NCBI GenBank assembly: GCA_963785725.1
Contig: CAWAWS010000017.1
Span: 96,001 to 160,000, forward strand
Origin: an uncultured delta proteobacterium
GTDB taxonomy: Bacteria > Myxococcota_A > Polyangia > Palsa-1104
Length of the DNA: 64,000 nt
Direction of reading: 5' to 3'
Shown piece after piece: positions 32,482 through 42,663 of this stretch. Position 1 is the first letter of the stretch, and every line of letters begins with the position of its first letter. Below the pieces are notes generated by a model that worked only from the letters and a program-made list of their open reading frames with translations, was not told the origin of the DNA and ran no database searches. The position numbers and the translations under genes are program-made.

Positions 32482-33972
32482 GTGCGTAAAAAGCGCCTGC
32501 TCCTCTTCGTCATCGCCTATCAGGCCGATGCCACGCTGCAGCGAACGCTCGAACGCATTCCGCCGGAGATCTTCGCGCTCTACGACTGCGAGATCCTCGT
32601 CGTCGATGACGCCTCGACCGATCGCACCTTCGCCATCGGCCGCGAATACCAAAGCGCGCATCCCGAGATCGTGATGACGGTCTTGCGCAACGAGCAGAAT
32701 CAAGGCTACGGCGGCAATCAAAAGGTCGGCTACGCCTATGCCATCGGCGAAGGGTTCGATTATGTCGCCATGATTCACGGCGACGGGCAGTACGCGCCCG
32801 AGGCGCTGCCGCAGCTGATGCGGCCGTTCGCCGAAGGGCGCGCCGACGCCGTCTTCGGCAGCCGCATGCTCGAGCGGTTCGGCGCGCTCAAAGGCGGCAT
32901 GCCGCTCTACAAATACGTCGGCAACAAGATCCTGACCACGGCGCAGAACGCGTTATTGCGCACGAAGCTGTCGGAGTTTCATTCGGGCTATCGCATCTAT
33001 TCGGTGGCGACGCTGAAGAAGCTGCCGTTTCGGCTGAGCTCCAACGACTTCCACTTCGACACCGAGATCATCATTCAGCTGCTGAATTTGGGCGCGCGCA
33101 TCGTCGAGCTGCCGATTCCCACGTATTACGGCGACGAAATCAGCCGCGTCAACGGCTTGAAGTACGCCAAAGACGTGATGCTGGCGACGGTGCGCAACAC
33201 GCTGCATCGCGCGGGAATTCTCTATCAGCGTCGCTTCGACGTCGGCCCGGCGGACAACTCGCACTACGATCTGAAGCTCGGTTATGCGTCGAGCCATTCG
33301 TTCGCGCTCGACGCGGTTCCGGCGGGCGCGCGCGTGCTCGACATCGGCGCCGGCCCGGGCGGCATGGCGGCGGAGCTGGCGAAGAAGGGCTGCACGACGG
33401 CGGTCGTCGATCAGTTCAAGCCGACGCGACCGACGGCGGGCGTGCAAGTGTTCGTGCAGAACCTCGACGAAGAGCCGCGTTTTCCCGTGCGCGACTATCA
33501 GTATCTGCTGCTGCTCGACGTCATCGAGCACCTGCGCGATCCCGAGCAGTTCTTGTCGCGGCTGCGTGCGCAGCTCGACTACGACGACAAGACGCTGGTG
33601 TTGACGACGCCGAATATCGCGTTCGTCATTCAGCGGCTGATGCTCGCGCTCGGGCAGTTCAACTACGGCAAGGCGGGCATTTTGGACCGCACGCATACGC
33701 GGCTGTTTACGTTCCGCTCGCTCAAGCAGCTGCTCGAGGACGAAGGGTTCCAGATTGGCCGCGTTCGTGGCGTGCCGGCGCCGTTCCCGAAGGTGCTCGG
33801 CGACAACGTGCTCGGCCGCGCGGCGCTGCGGGCCAATCAGGCGCTCATCGCGATCGCGCCGACGCTGTTCTCGTACCAAATTTATGTGGAGGCGCAGACC
33901 ACGCCCGACCTGGACTTCATTCTGCGCAATACGAAGCAGACGGCGGCCACGCCGATCCGCCGTACGCGTTAG
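32482..33972 (+). CDS. Bifunctional GT2 glycosyltransferase / class I SAM methyltransferase
   Basis: VDDASTD, NQGYGGNQK, HGDGQY, EFHSGYR; C-terminal VLDIGAGPG, LDVIEHL, GILDRTH. Confidence 0.9.
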   Translation: MRKKRLLLFVIAYQADATLQRTLERIPPEIFALYDCEILVVDDASTDRTFAIGREYQSAHPEIVMTVLRNEQNQGYGGNQKVGYAYAIGEGFDYVAMIHGDGQYAPEALPQLMRPFAEGRADAVFGSRMLERFGALKGGMPLYKYVGNKILTTAQNALLRTKLSEFHSGYRIYSVATLKKLPFRLSSNDFHFDTEIIIQLLNLGARIVELPIPTYYGDEISRVNGLKYAKDVMLATVRNTLHRAGILYQRRFDVGPADNSHYDLKLGYASSHSFALDAVPAGARVLDIGAGPGGMAAELAKKGCTTAVVDQFKPTRPTAGVQVFVQNLDEEPRFPVRDYQYLLLLDVIEHLRDPEQFLSRLRAQLDYDDKTLVLTTPNIAFVIQRLMLALGQFNYGKAGILDRTHTRLFTFRSLKQLLEDEGFQIGRVRGVPAPFPKVLGDNVLGRAALRANQALIAIAPTLFSYQIYVEAQTTPDLDFILRNTKQTAATPIRRTR

Positions 33973-34203
33973 TCCTGACGGCGGGCGCCGCGAGCGCGCC
34001 GGCGGTTCAGCTACGGGGCCGGGCACCGCGCGTCGCGCCGGCGGTTCAACGTTCGCCATTCGAGCGACGATCGATTCCGGAGGATGGTGGGTTCCGACGG
34101 GCGGCCCCCAGCCGCCCGCCCTTAGTCATCGCCGATTTCGTCGGAAAGTTGCTTTGGAAATGCTGGAGAGACGAGGCGCCCCGACTGGGCCGCGCAGTAG
34201 GTC

Positions 34204-36243
34204 TTAGCTGATGTTACCGCCGCACTGGCCGGCAACGCCGCCACCGCCGCACGTCTGCGGCGAAACGCACGTGCCGCAATCGAGCAGGTTGCCGCAGCCG
34301 TCGCCGGCCGGGCCGCACATGATCTTCTGATCGGCGCAGGTGATGGGCGTGCACTGATTGACGTGGCCGCACTGACCAGGCGTGCCGCCGCCGCCGCAGG
34401 TGTCGGGCACCATGCAGTCGCCGCAATCGATCTGGGTGCCGCAGCCGTTGCCGGCCGGACCGCACGCGATGCCCTGCGCCGCGCACGTGATCGGCGTGCA
34501 CGTCGGCGGCGGCGGCGGCGGAATCGGCGTGATGCACGACGAGAGGTTGAACAGCAGGAACTCGAGGACCTTCTCCTGCGCGCTCATCGCCGCCGCTTTG
34601 CCGCAGACGCCCGGGAACAGGACGCCCTGCGTCGTCGTGACCTGCGAGTAGACGTGGAAGTCGGAGAAGTTGACGCGCCCGCACTGCGACGCCGCCGGCG
34701 AGCCGACCGGCGTATCGAACGTGTACTCGAGCGGATAGGCCGGACCCGGCTGCGGCGCCGACATCCACTCGACCGACGAGGCCGCCACCGCGGTCACGTC
34801 CTTGCGCGTCGCGTTGACGATGATCTGCCCCAGCGTCGTCGTCGCGCCGATGTTCTGCAGCCACGACGCGAAGTCTTTGCCGAGCTGCGTGGTCTGCAGG
34901 ACGGTCGCCGTCTGGCTGTCCTCTTCGTTGACGCTCTCGGGATCGACGCTCCACGTGGCCGTCGTCGAGAACGGGCTCAAGTTGTAGAGCCAGTCGTAGC
35001 TGTAATGGCTGGCGAACACGCGGCCGCCGGCGTTCGTGTAGTTGAGGACGTTGTTCTGATCGGTCGACGACTCGCCGACGTCCGTGCCGATGCAGTCGAA
35101 GATGACCATGTCGTACTGATCGAGCGTCGCCTGCGTGCCGGTGAGCGCGCTCTGCGTCGGCGTCTTGTTGCCCAAGTTGGAGCCGTTGTTCTGGTAGATG
35201 TGCACGCGGCCGGTGCCCGAAGGCAGCGTGAACTCGGCGGCGTCGATGCCGATCTTGGGCAGCACGCACTCGATGGGATCGGCGTTGCCGGTCACGATGG
35301 CGATGTGCGGGATGTCGCCTTCCGACTTATTGCGCGGCAAGCGCGTCTGATCGGCCGTGAGCGCCGTGTTGACGCACGCCGCCACCGTCGGGATGACGAT
35401 CTGGCGGCGCCAGCGGCCGAGCTGAATGACGAGCGGGATGTTCGTGCCCACGGGCGCGTTGGTGAGCGTGAATTTGCCGTCGACGCCGGTGGTGAAGCTG
35501 ACGAGCGGGCTGCCCGTGACTTGCGACGCGCAGGTGCCGCAGGTGACGTTGGGCGCGAACGGCTGCACAGCCGCGTTCGGGATGTAGACGAGCGCGCCGT
35601 AGAGCGGATCGGGATTGCCGTAGCCGTTGGCGCTGTTGGTCGGCGCGTAGACGGTGCCGCTGATCGTCGTCGAGCCGTTGTTCGGGCAGGTCTGCTGCTG
35701 CAAGCACAGGCCGGTGCAGTTGGACGCCGTGCCGCCGCCGCAGACGTTGGGCGTGCCGCCGCCGCCGCAGATGTTCGGGCTCGTGCAGCTGCCGCAGTCG
35801 AGGGTGCCGCCGCAGCCGTCGCCCTGCACGCCGCAGGTCGCGTTCAGGCTGGCGCACGTGTGTTTGACGCAGGTGCCGCCGCCCGTCGTCGCGCCGCACT
35901 GGTTGGCCATGCCGCCGCCGCCGCAGGTCTGCGGCGCCGTGCAGCTGCCGCAATCCTGCATGCCGCCGCAGCCGTCGGCCTGCTCGCCGCAATTGGCGCC
36001 GAGCTGCGCGCAGGTCACTTTGCAAGTGCCGCTGCCGCCACCCCCGGCTCCGCCGCCGCCGGCGCCACCGCCGCCGGCTCCGCCACCGCCGGCTTGGCCG
36101 CTCAAGTCGGGACCGCCGTTGCCGCCGGTGCCGGTGGCGAGATCGTCGCCGGCTTGGCCGCCGCCGAGATCTTTGATGCCGCCTTGCTGCGGGCTACAGG
36201 CCGAAACACAGAGGACGAGGGCGAAAGCAAAGCGCGCAGTCAT
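34204..36243 (-). CDS. Cys/Gly-rich repeat lipoprotein with carboxypeptidase-regulatory-like central domain
   Basis: Lipobox VSAC; four 8-Cys repeats; ISGTVYAP, GKFTL, QLGRWRRQ, GGRVFASH, GRVNFSDFH. Confidence 0.75.
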   Translation of the reverse strand: MTARFAFALVLCVSACSPQQGGIKDLGGGQAGDDLATGTGGNGGPDLSGQAGGGGAGGGGAGGGGAGGGGSGTCKVTCAQLGANCGEQADGCGGMQDCGSCTAPQTCGGGGMANQCGATTGGGTCVKHTCASLNATCGVQGDGCGGTLDCGSCTSPNICGGGGTPNVCGGGTASNCTGLCLQQQTCPNNGSTTISGTVYAPTNSANGYGNPDPLYGALVYIPNAAVQPFAPNVTCGTCASQVTGSPLVSFTTGVDGKFTLTNAPVGTNIPLVIQLGRWRRQIVIPTVAACVNTALTADQTRLPRNKSEGDIPHIAIVTGNADPIECVLPKIGIDAAEFTLPSGTGRVHIYQNNGSNLGNKTPTQSALTGTQATLDQYDMVIFDCIGTDVGESSTDQNNVLNYTNAGGRVFASHYSYDWLYNLSPFSTTATWSVDPESVNEEDSQTATVLQTTQLGKDFASWLQNIGATTTLGQIIVNATRKDVTAVAASSVEWMSAPQPGPAYPLEYTFDTPVGSPAASQCGRVNFSDFHVYSQVTTTQGVLFPGVCGKAAAMSAQEKVLEFLLFNLSSCITPIPPPPPPTCTPITCAAQGIACGPAGNGCGTQIDCGDCMVPDTCGGGGTPGQCGHVNQCTPITCADQKIMCGPAGDGCGNLLDCGTCVSPQTCGGGGVAGQCGGNIS

Positions 36244-36393
36244 GGTTTGCCCTTTGAGTGACTCGACGCGCGCCGAACGGGTCAAACGTAAGGAAGGCGC
36301 GCGAGATGTCAGTAGCGCGTTCCCCGCACGAACTCAAGTGGCCAGCGCGGGCGCCGCCCGATCAGGTGTCGATATTACGTCGTGGAAACGGCG

Positions 36394-37693
36394 TCATTGC
36401 TCGGGAACGGCGACGCCGGTGGTCGTCGGATCGAGCAGGCTGCCCAAGTTCGCCACCAGCGTATCGCGGTTGCCGAGCTGACCGGTCTTTTGCCCGAGCC
36501 AGTTCCACTCGATGAATTTGACGATCGAGGAGTGCTCCATCGTCGTGTGCGCGATGAAGTTCGAGCGCGCGAAGGGTCCGAGCGCCAGCAAAGGCACGCG
36601 CGTCCCGTAAGGTTTGCCGTCGACGGGGCTGTCGGGCGGCGGCGCGACGTGATCGAAGTAGCCGCCGCCTTCGTCGTAGGTCAGGAGCACCAGCGTGTCG
36701 CTGCGATAGTCGGACGCCTCGAGCTCGCTGACGATCGAGTTGGCGAAGGTGACGCCGTCGCTCAGCTTGGAGGCGAGGCCGGGATGCTCACTCTTGTACC
36801 CAATGCCCTTGATGAAGCTCACAGCCGGCAAGCTGCCGCTCTTCAGGTCCGCGGCGAGGTGGCTCAGGTCCTTCAAGTAGGTCGGGTTGTCTTTGAACTT
36901 GGGCTCGTAGTCGAAGGGCACGTCACCGGGATCGAAGACGCACGGGTAGATGCTGAGGCCGGCGCCGCAGTCGTCGGGCGCGGTCGGGCACTGGCCGAGC
37001 TTGGAGGCGGCGACCATGGCGTCGTAGCCTTCGGCGTAGCAAGCCCAGGTCACCTTCGACTGCACGAGCAGGTCGCCGATGGTTTGAATGGGATATTCCA
37101 TCGCCGTCGGCGTGAAGCTGCACATCTTGCCGATGGCGTCGGGCTCGACCTCGTCGTCCGGGAAGACGTAGCGCGCGAGCGACAAGTACATGTCGTTGGC
37201 GGAGCTGGCGCCGGCGAGCGGCTGGAAATAGCGGTCGGCGAGCGCGCCTGTGGCGGCCAGCGTCCAATAGGGCGCGATGATCGTCGGGTCGGCGTAGGCG
37301 AAGTTGCGCGCGTCGCCGCAGATGGTGCTGGTGACGAAGCGGTCCATCTTGCCGCCGTCGAGCTCGTCGACCTCGCAGGTCTGCTCGTGGTTCGGGTCGT
37401 AGTCTTCGCTGGCGGCGTCGTCGAGCGTCGTCGGCAGGGCGCCGGTCGGGTCGGTGGCGGGGCCGGCTTCGCAGCAGCTCGGCCCCTCGTTACAGCTCGG
37501 GTTGGAGCCGGTCGGCGCCGTGCAGTAGCGGCCGAAGTGGTCGTCGAACGTGTGGTTCTCCTGCACGATGACGACGAGGTGGCGGATCTGGCTCGCGGGA
37601 CAAGGGCCGTCGCAGGCGCCGGGCATGTGGCCGGCGTTGGAACCGCCGCAGCCGGCTGCCAGCGCGGCCCACAGAGATCAACTTGGCGCGCAC
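36394..37693 (-). CDS. Phosphoesterase-family (phospholipase C / acid phosphatase) lipoprotein, frameshift near 37668
   Basis: HLVVIVQENHTFD, GKMDRF, SEHP, TYDEGGGYFDHV, GTRVP, HSSIVKFIE; removing one G restores signal VRAKLISVAALAAGC. Confidence 0.85.
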
Positions 37694-37902
37694 CCTTCAG
37701 CGTTAACACAAATGTGACATTTTGATTACGGGGAGCTGTCGCGGAGCCTGCCGGCCGGGAAAAGGTCGAGCGAAGTCGCGCAGACAGGGCTGACGGCGGC
37801 GATGACGCCGATGCGGCGGATTGCGCGACGAATGCGTGACAGCGGTAACCGGCGACGCCGCAGACGACCGAGCGCGGGCCGAGTGCTCGCCGGCGCGGGC
37901 AA

Positions 37903-38679
37903 TCAGAAGCGCAGGCGCACGCCGCCGGGCGCGACGTTCCAGGCGACGCCTTTGCCGACGGCGGCGTAGTGACGCGGCGGCGCGTGACCAACGATACCGA
38001 CGATGGTCATGGCGGCGCCCGCGAGCTGCAGCGCGAAGTCGACCGACAGGACGGCGTAGGCGGCGACTTGGATGGCGCGGTTGGCGCTGGCGATGCGCGA
38101 GTTGGCCTGCGCGTCGACGTCGGCGTTGCCGGTGTTGGCGGGCGCGACCATGGCCCAGTTGTCGTGCAGCTGCGTGAGCGGGCCGACGAGCGGAATGAGC
38201 GACTTCGCCGCGCCGCTGTTGCCGACGCCGTAGCTGATGCCGATGTCGAGCGCGTAGCCGCCGAGAAAGAGCGCGAGGCCGCCGCCGAACAAGCCCCAGC
38301 GGCGCTGACGGCCGGCGCCGTCGCTGTTGACGGGCGCGATGGTCATGGCGGCGGCGGGCGCGCTCACGACGGCCGGCGGCGGCGCCGGGCCGAGGTCGTC
38401 TTGGCGCGTCTCCGCGAGGGCGAGGCGGACGTTGGCGCGCGGCGGCGGTGGCGATGGCGCGGGCATCGACAACGACGCGGCCACCGACGGCGAAGATGCC
38501 AGCTGCGAGCCCGAGCCCGACGGCGACGAGAGCGTCATGGCGTCGGCGGATGCCGAAGCGTTCGTGAGGCGACGGTGCGACGCGTGATGGGCGCGCGCAT
38601 GCGGCTTGTGCGCCGGCGCCGCCGCGGCTGATGCAGACGACAGAGCGAGCCCGAGGATCAGCGGAGCCAAGCTGCGCAT
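37903..38679 (-). CDS. Hypothetical exported/membrane protein
   Basis: Signal peptide, His/Pro-rich linker, hydrophobic segments (IPLVGP), C-terminal GGVRLRF. Confidence 0.6.
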   Translation of the reverse strand: MRSLAPLILGLALSSASAAAAPAHKPHARAHHASHRRLTNASASADAMTLSSPSGSGSQLASSPSVAASLSMPAPSPPPPRANVRLALAETRQDDLGPAPPPAVVSAPAAAMTIAPVNSDGAGRQRRWGLFGGGLALFLGGYALDIGISYGVGNSGAAKSLIPLVGPLTQLHDNWAMVAPANTGNADVDAQANSRIASANRAIQVAAYAVLSVDFALQLAGAAMTIVGIVGHAPPRHYAAVGKGVAWNVAPGGVRLRF

Positions 38680-38699
38680 GCGTGTCACGATTGGCCTTC

Positions 38700-38716
38700 A
38701 GCAGCGGACGTGCCAA
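38700..38716 (-). promoter_or_regulatory. Putative sigma-54 promoter
   Basis: Minus strand TTGGCACGTCCGCTGCT, GG-N10-GC, about 20 nt upstream of ATG 38679. Confidence 0.6.
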
Positions 38717-38910
38717 CGCGCGTGTGTGCGATTCTCGGCGGTTGTCGGCGTTCGACGCGGCGCGGCTGGGGCGTCGGCTCCCAGTCGTCAAGCGCGGTTG
38801 CTGTCATGCGATCGGTTTAAGGGCGGCCACGAGCGCAGCCATCGACCGCGTCCTTGATCCCTCGCGCGACGAAGCCGAGGCCGGCTCGGCGATCGATTAT
38901 AGTCCGCGCC

Positions 38911-39681
38911 ATGAGCCATCGCCCCCGTATGAAAGACAAGCTGGCGCTCGTGTCGGGCGGCAGCCGCGGCATCGGCGCCGCCATCGCGCGCGCGTTCGCC
39001 GCCGAAGGCGCCAAGGTCGTCATCGCGTCGCGCAAAGAGGAAGAGCTCTCGGCGACGGCGGCGAGCATCAACGCGCAGTTTCCCGACAGCGTCGTCGCGC
39101 GCGCTTGTCACATGGGCAAGCCGGAGGCGATCGACGAGCTGATGACGTTCATCGAGCGCGAGCTCGGCATCGTCGACGTCGCGGTCAACAACGCGGCCAC
39201 GAACGCGCATTTCGGGCCGCTCTTGAGCGTGACGTGGCCGGCGTGGGACAAGAACTTCGAGCTCAACTTGAAGGGCTACTTCGAGGTGGCGCGGCAAGTG
39301 GCGACGCGGCTGCTGGCGAAGAACCGGCCGGGCTCGATCATCAACGTCGCCAGCATCGTCGGCATGCGCGGCACGCCGGGGCAGGGCGTGTACGGCATGA
39401 CGAAGGCGGCGGTCATCTCGATGACGCAGACGCTGGCGGTCGAGCTCGGCCGGGCGGGGATTCGCGTCAACGCCATCGCGCCCGGGCTCGTCGAGACGCG
39501 GCTGGCGGCGGCGATCACCAGCAACGCGGAGGCGGCGCGCTATTTTACCGAGCGGGCGCCGCTCGGGCGGCATGCGCAGCCGGAGGAGATCGCGCCGGCC
39601 GCCGTCTACTTGGCGTCGGACGAGTCCAGCTTCATGACCGGGCAGACGCTGGCGGTCGACGGCGGCTGGACAATCGCGTGA
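38911..39681 (+). CDS. Short-chain dehydrogenase/reductase
   Basis: SGGSRGIG, VNNAA, YGMTK (YxxxK), NAIAPG, VDGG. Confidence 0.93.
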   Translation: MSHRPRMKDKLALVSGGSRGIGAAIARAFAAEGAKVVIASRKEEELSATAASINAQFPDSVVARACHMGKPEAIDELMTFIERELGIVDVAVNNAATNAHFGPLLSVTWPAWDKNFELNLKGYFEVARQVATRLLAKNRPGSIINVASIVGMRGTPGQGVYGMTKAAVISMTQTLAVELGRAGIRVNAIAPGLVETRLAAAITSNAEAARYFTERAPLGRHAQPEEIAPAAVYLASDESSFMTGQTLAVDGGWTIA

Positions 39682-39685
39682 GCCG

Positions 39686-42613
39686 TCACTCGCGGTGGCC
39701 GGCCAGGAACGCCGCGACGTCGGCCGCGGCCTTGGTCTTGCCCGCCGCCGCCAGCTCGTCGTGCGCCTGCGTCGCCAGCGTGCGTGCTCGCGGCTGCGCG
39801 CCCGTCGCCATCAGCGCCTTGGCCAGCGCCACCTCGACGTCGACGCGCATCTCGGTCGGATCGGAGTCGTGCTGGCGCAGCACCAACGCGCGCTCGAGCA
39901 GCCGCGCCGCCTCGCCATTGCGGCCATGACGCAGCTCGAGCTGACCCAAGCGTAAGATCGGCTCCGCCAGATCGGGCGCGTCTTTGGCCAGCGTCTTCTC
40001 GTAGATCGCGATGGCCTTGGTCAGATCGCGGCGCGCTTCGTCGTCGCGGCCGAGCTGCATGAGCGCGTAGCCCATGTTCGTGTACGACACGCCGACGTTC
40101 TCGCTCTCGGCGCCGAAGACGCGCTCGTAGGTCGGCTCGGCCAGCTTCTCCTCGGCCAGCGCTTCGTCGTAGCGGCCGAGGAGGCCAAGCGACTCGGCGA
40201 TGTTCGTGTGCGTCTGCGCGATCTGTAAATGGCCGGGCGGCAGCGACTTCGACAAGAGCGCCAGCACGCGGCGACCGAGCTCGAGCCCGTGCGCGCCGTC
40301 GTGCTGCAGGCTGAAGACGTCGATCTCCTTACGCAGGATGCCCGCCACTTCGGGATGGTCGGGACCGAGCTGCGCTTCGAGGATCGTGCGCGCGCGTTCG
40401 AGCAGCTGCAGTCCGTCTTCGTAGTGCCCTTCGTACTTCAAGACGTCGCCGAGCGTGCGATAGGCGTAGGCGCGATCGAGGTGCTTCTCGGGCAGCCCTT
40501 GCGCCGCCAGCTTTACCGCCTGGCGCGCCGCGCGCTCCGCCTCGGCATAACGGCTCTCGCGGAACCAAATGAGCGCGATCGAAATCCACAAGTCGACCTG
40601 CAGCTCGCCGGCGCCGCCGATGCGCTTGACGCTGGCCTCGGCAAAGCGCATCCACTCGTGCGCCTCGGCGAAGCCGTTCAGATCGACGGTGACGCTGGCG
40701 AGGTGCACGGCGGCGAGGCTCTTGACGTCGTCGTCATGCGACTCCTCGGCGGCGTAGAGCGCGTCGCGCCAGGCGCGGTCGGCGCCGTGATAGTCGCCGG
40801 CTTTGAAGCGCAGCTGGCCGAGCAGCTCGAGCGCTTCGGCGGCGAGCGGGCGATAGCCGATGGTGGCCGCGACCGGCGGCACCTCCTCGGCGAGCGCCAG
40901 GCCTTGCGCGTATTGTCCGGCGGCGAGGCGCGCCCGCGCGCTGGCCAGACGCGTGCGTTCGCCGGCGATTTCCGCGCGCAGCTTGGGATCGGCCGGCTCC
41001 GGCGTCACCTCGGTCAACGCCTGCACGTCGGCGCACGACGACACCGGCGGCAGCGCCTGCACGGCTTGGACGGCGCGCTCGACCGTGTTGTCGTCGGCGG
41101 TCGTGAACAGCCGCGCCAGCGCGTTCAATTCCTGGCGTCGCTGATCGAGACAGGCCATGCGCAGCGCCATCACCGACTCGGTCTGCTCACCGCGCAGCCG
41201 CGTCGCCTCGCACGTGTCGCCGTACATCGCGACGAAGGCGTTGGCGTAGTCGTCGAGCCCGCGCGTCGTGGCCTCGGCGACCTTGGCGGCGTAGGGCTTG
41301 CCGCTCTTGGCGAAGGCCGCTTGCAACGCCAGCCGCTGCGTGTCGTCCCAGACGCCGGCCAGCCGCTGCGCGCCGCCCGAGCAGACCCGCGTGCCGCGCG
41401 CGCCCCATTGCTGCGCGCCGACGACGAGCGCCGCCGCGGCCGCGACGAGGCCGGCGCCGGCGAGCCAACGACGGCGGCGCCGCGCCGGATCGCGCGCCAG
41501 CTCGGCGAGCAGCGCGTCCATCGACGGCCAGCGCGCCACCGGATCGACGCTCAAGCCGCGTAAGAGAATGCGGCGCACCCACGCCGGCACTTTGGTGTCG
41601 GCGGGCGCGTCGCGAATACGGCCGTCGAGGACGCTCTGGATGACCTCGTCCGACGACAAGCCGGGGAAGGCGCGAAAGCCGTACAGCGCCTCGAACAGCG
41701 ACGCGCAGAAGCTGAACTGATCGGCGCGCTCGTCGGTGTGGCCGCCGCGGCACTGCTCGGGCGGCATGTAGCCGGGCGTGCCCATCATCGTGCCGGCGCG
41801 CGTCAGCGCCGCGTCGAGCGAGTGGGCGCCGCTCTCTTCGGGCAGCGGCGCATCCTCGTCCGCTTCATCGGCGTCATCGTCTTCGTCGGCAGCGGCGTCG
41901 TCGGCGGTGGCTTCCGGCAGCGGCTCTTGCGAGGTCGACGATCGGGCCAGCCCGAAGTCGGTGACGCGGGCGCGGCCGTCGGCGCCGATGAGCACGTTCT
42001 CGGGCTTGAAGTCGCGATGGACGAGCCCGGCGGCGTGCGCGGCGGCGAGGCCGCGGCCGGCGTCGAGGAAAACATCGAGCACCTCGCGCCCGGTCGGCTG
42101 CTGCGTGCGCAGCCAGGCCTTGAGCGTGCCGCCTTCGACCAGCTCCATCGCCAAGAACACGCGCTTGCCGAACGTGCCTACGTCGTGGACGGCGATGACG
42201 TTGGGATGCGCCAGCCGCGCCATCGCCTGCGCCTCGCGCAACATCCGCGCGCGATATTGCCGCTGGTTACGCCCGAGATCGTCGCGCAGCAGCTTGAGCG
42301 CCAATTTGCGATCGAGCTGCGGATCGTAGGCGGCGTAGACCTTGCCCATGCCGCCCGTGCCCAGCCGCTCGAGGACGAGGTAGCGGCCGACGGTCGTGCC
42401 GCGCGCCAAGTCGTCGCCGCCGCTCAAGCGGATGCTGCGCGCCTCTTTCGCGCCCGCTGCGCCGGCGCTGCCGATGGCCGTCGCCGACGACCAGCCGACG
42501 CGCAGGCGGCAGGCCTCGCAGTCGGCCAAGTGGGCTTCGAGCAGGGTGGCGCGATCGCGATCGAGATGGCCGGCGGCGAACGCCTCCCACTCGCCCTCGG
42601 TCAGACACGCCAC
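39686..42613 (-). CDS. Ser/Thr protein kinase with N-terminal zf-HC2-like motif, TM helix and C-terminal TPR repeats
   Basis: HLADCEAC; LGTGGMG, ALKLL, HRDFKPEN, DFGLAR, GTPGYMPPE; TPR repeats (LGPDHPEVA); GTG start inferred. Confidence 0.9.
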   Translation of the reverse strand: MACLTEGEWEAFAAGHLDRDRATLLEAHLADCEACRLRVGWSSATAIGSAGAAGAKEARSIRLSGGDDLARGTTVGRYLVLERLGTGGMGKVYAAYDPQLDRKLALKLLRDDLGRNQRQYRARMLREAQAMARLAHPNVIAVHDVGTFGKRVFLAMELVEGGTLKAWLRTQQPTGREVLDVFLDAGRGLAAAHAAGLVHRDFKPENVLIGADGRARVTDFGLARSSTSQEPLPEATADDAAADEDDDADEADEDAPLPEESGAHSLDAALTRAGTMMGTPGYMPPEQCRGGHTDERADQFSFCASLFEALYGFRAFPGLSSDEVIQSVLDGRIRDAPADTKVPAWVRRILLRGLSVDPVARWPSMDALLAELARDPARRRRRWLAGAGLVAAAAALVVGAQQWGARGTRVCSGGAQRLAGVWDDTQRLALQAAFAKSGKPYAAKVAEATTRGLDDYANAFVAMYGDTCEATRLRGEQTESVMALRMACLDQRRQELNALARLFTTADDNTVERAVQAVQALPPVSSCADVQALTEVTPEPADPKLRAEIAGERTRLASARARLAAGQYAQGLALAEEVPPVAATIGYRPLAAEALELLGQLRFKAGDYHGADRAWRDALYAAEESHDDDVKSLAAVHLASVTVDLNGFAEAHEWMRFAEASVKRIGGAGELQVDLWISIALIWFRESRYAEAERAARQAVKLAAQGLPEKHLDRAYAYRTLGDVLKYEGHYEDGLQLLERARTILEAQLGPDHPEVAGILRKEIDVFSLQHDGAHGLELGRRVLALLSKSLPPGHLQIAQTHTNIAESLGLLGRYDEALAEEKLAEPTYERVFGAESENVGVSYTNMGYALMQLGRDDEARRDLTKAIAIYEKTLAKDAPDLAEPILRLGQLELRHGRNGEAARLLERALVLRQHDSDPTEMRVDVEVALAKALMATGAQPRARTLATQAHDELAAAGKTKAAADVAAFLAGHRE

Positions 42614-42663
42614 GGCTGAGATTTTATCACGACTGCGGCCGCAAGACCGCGAATGCGAGCCGC

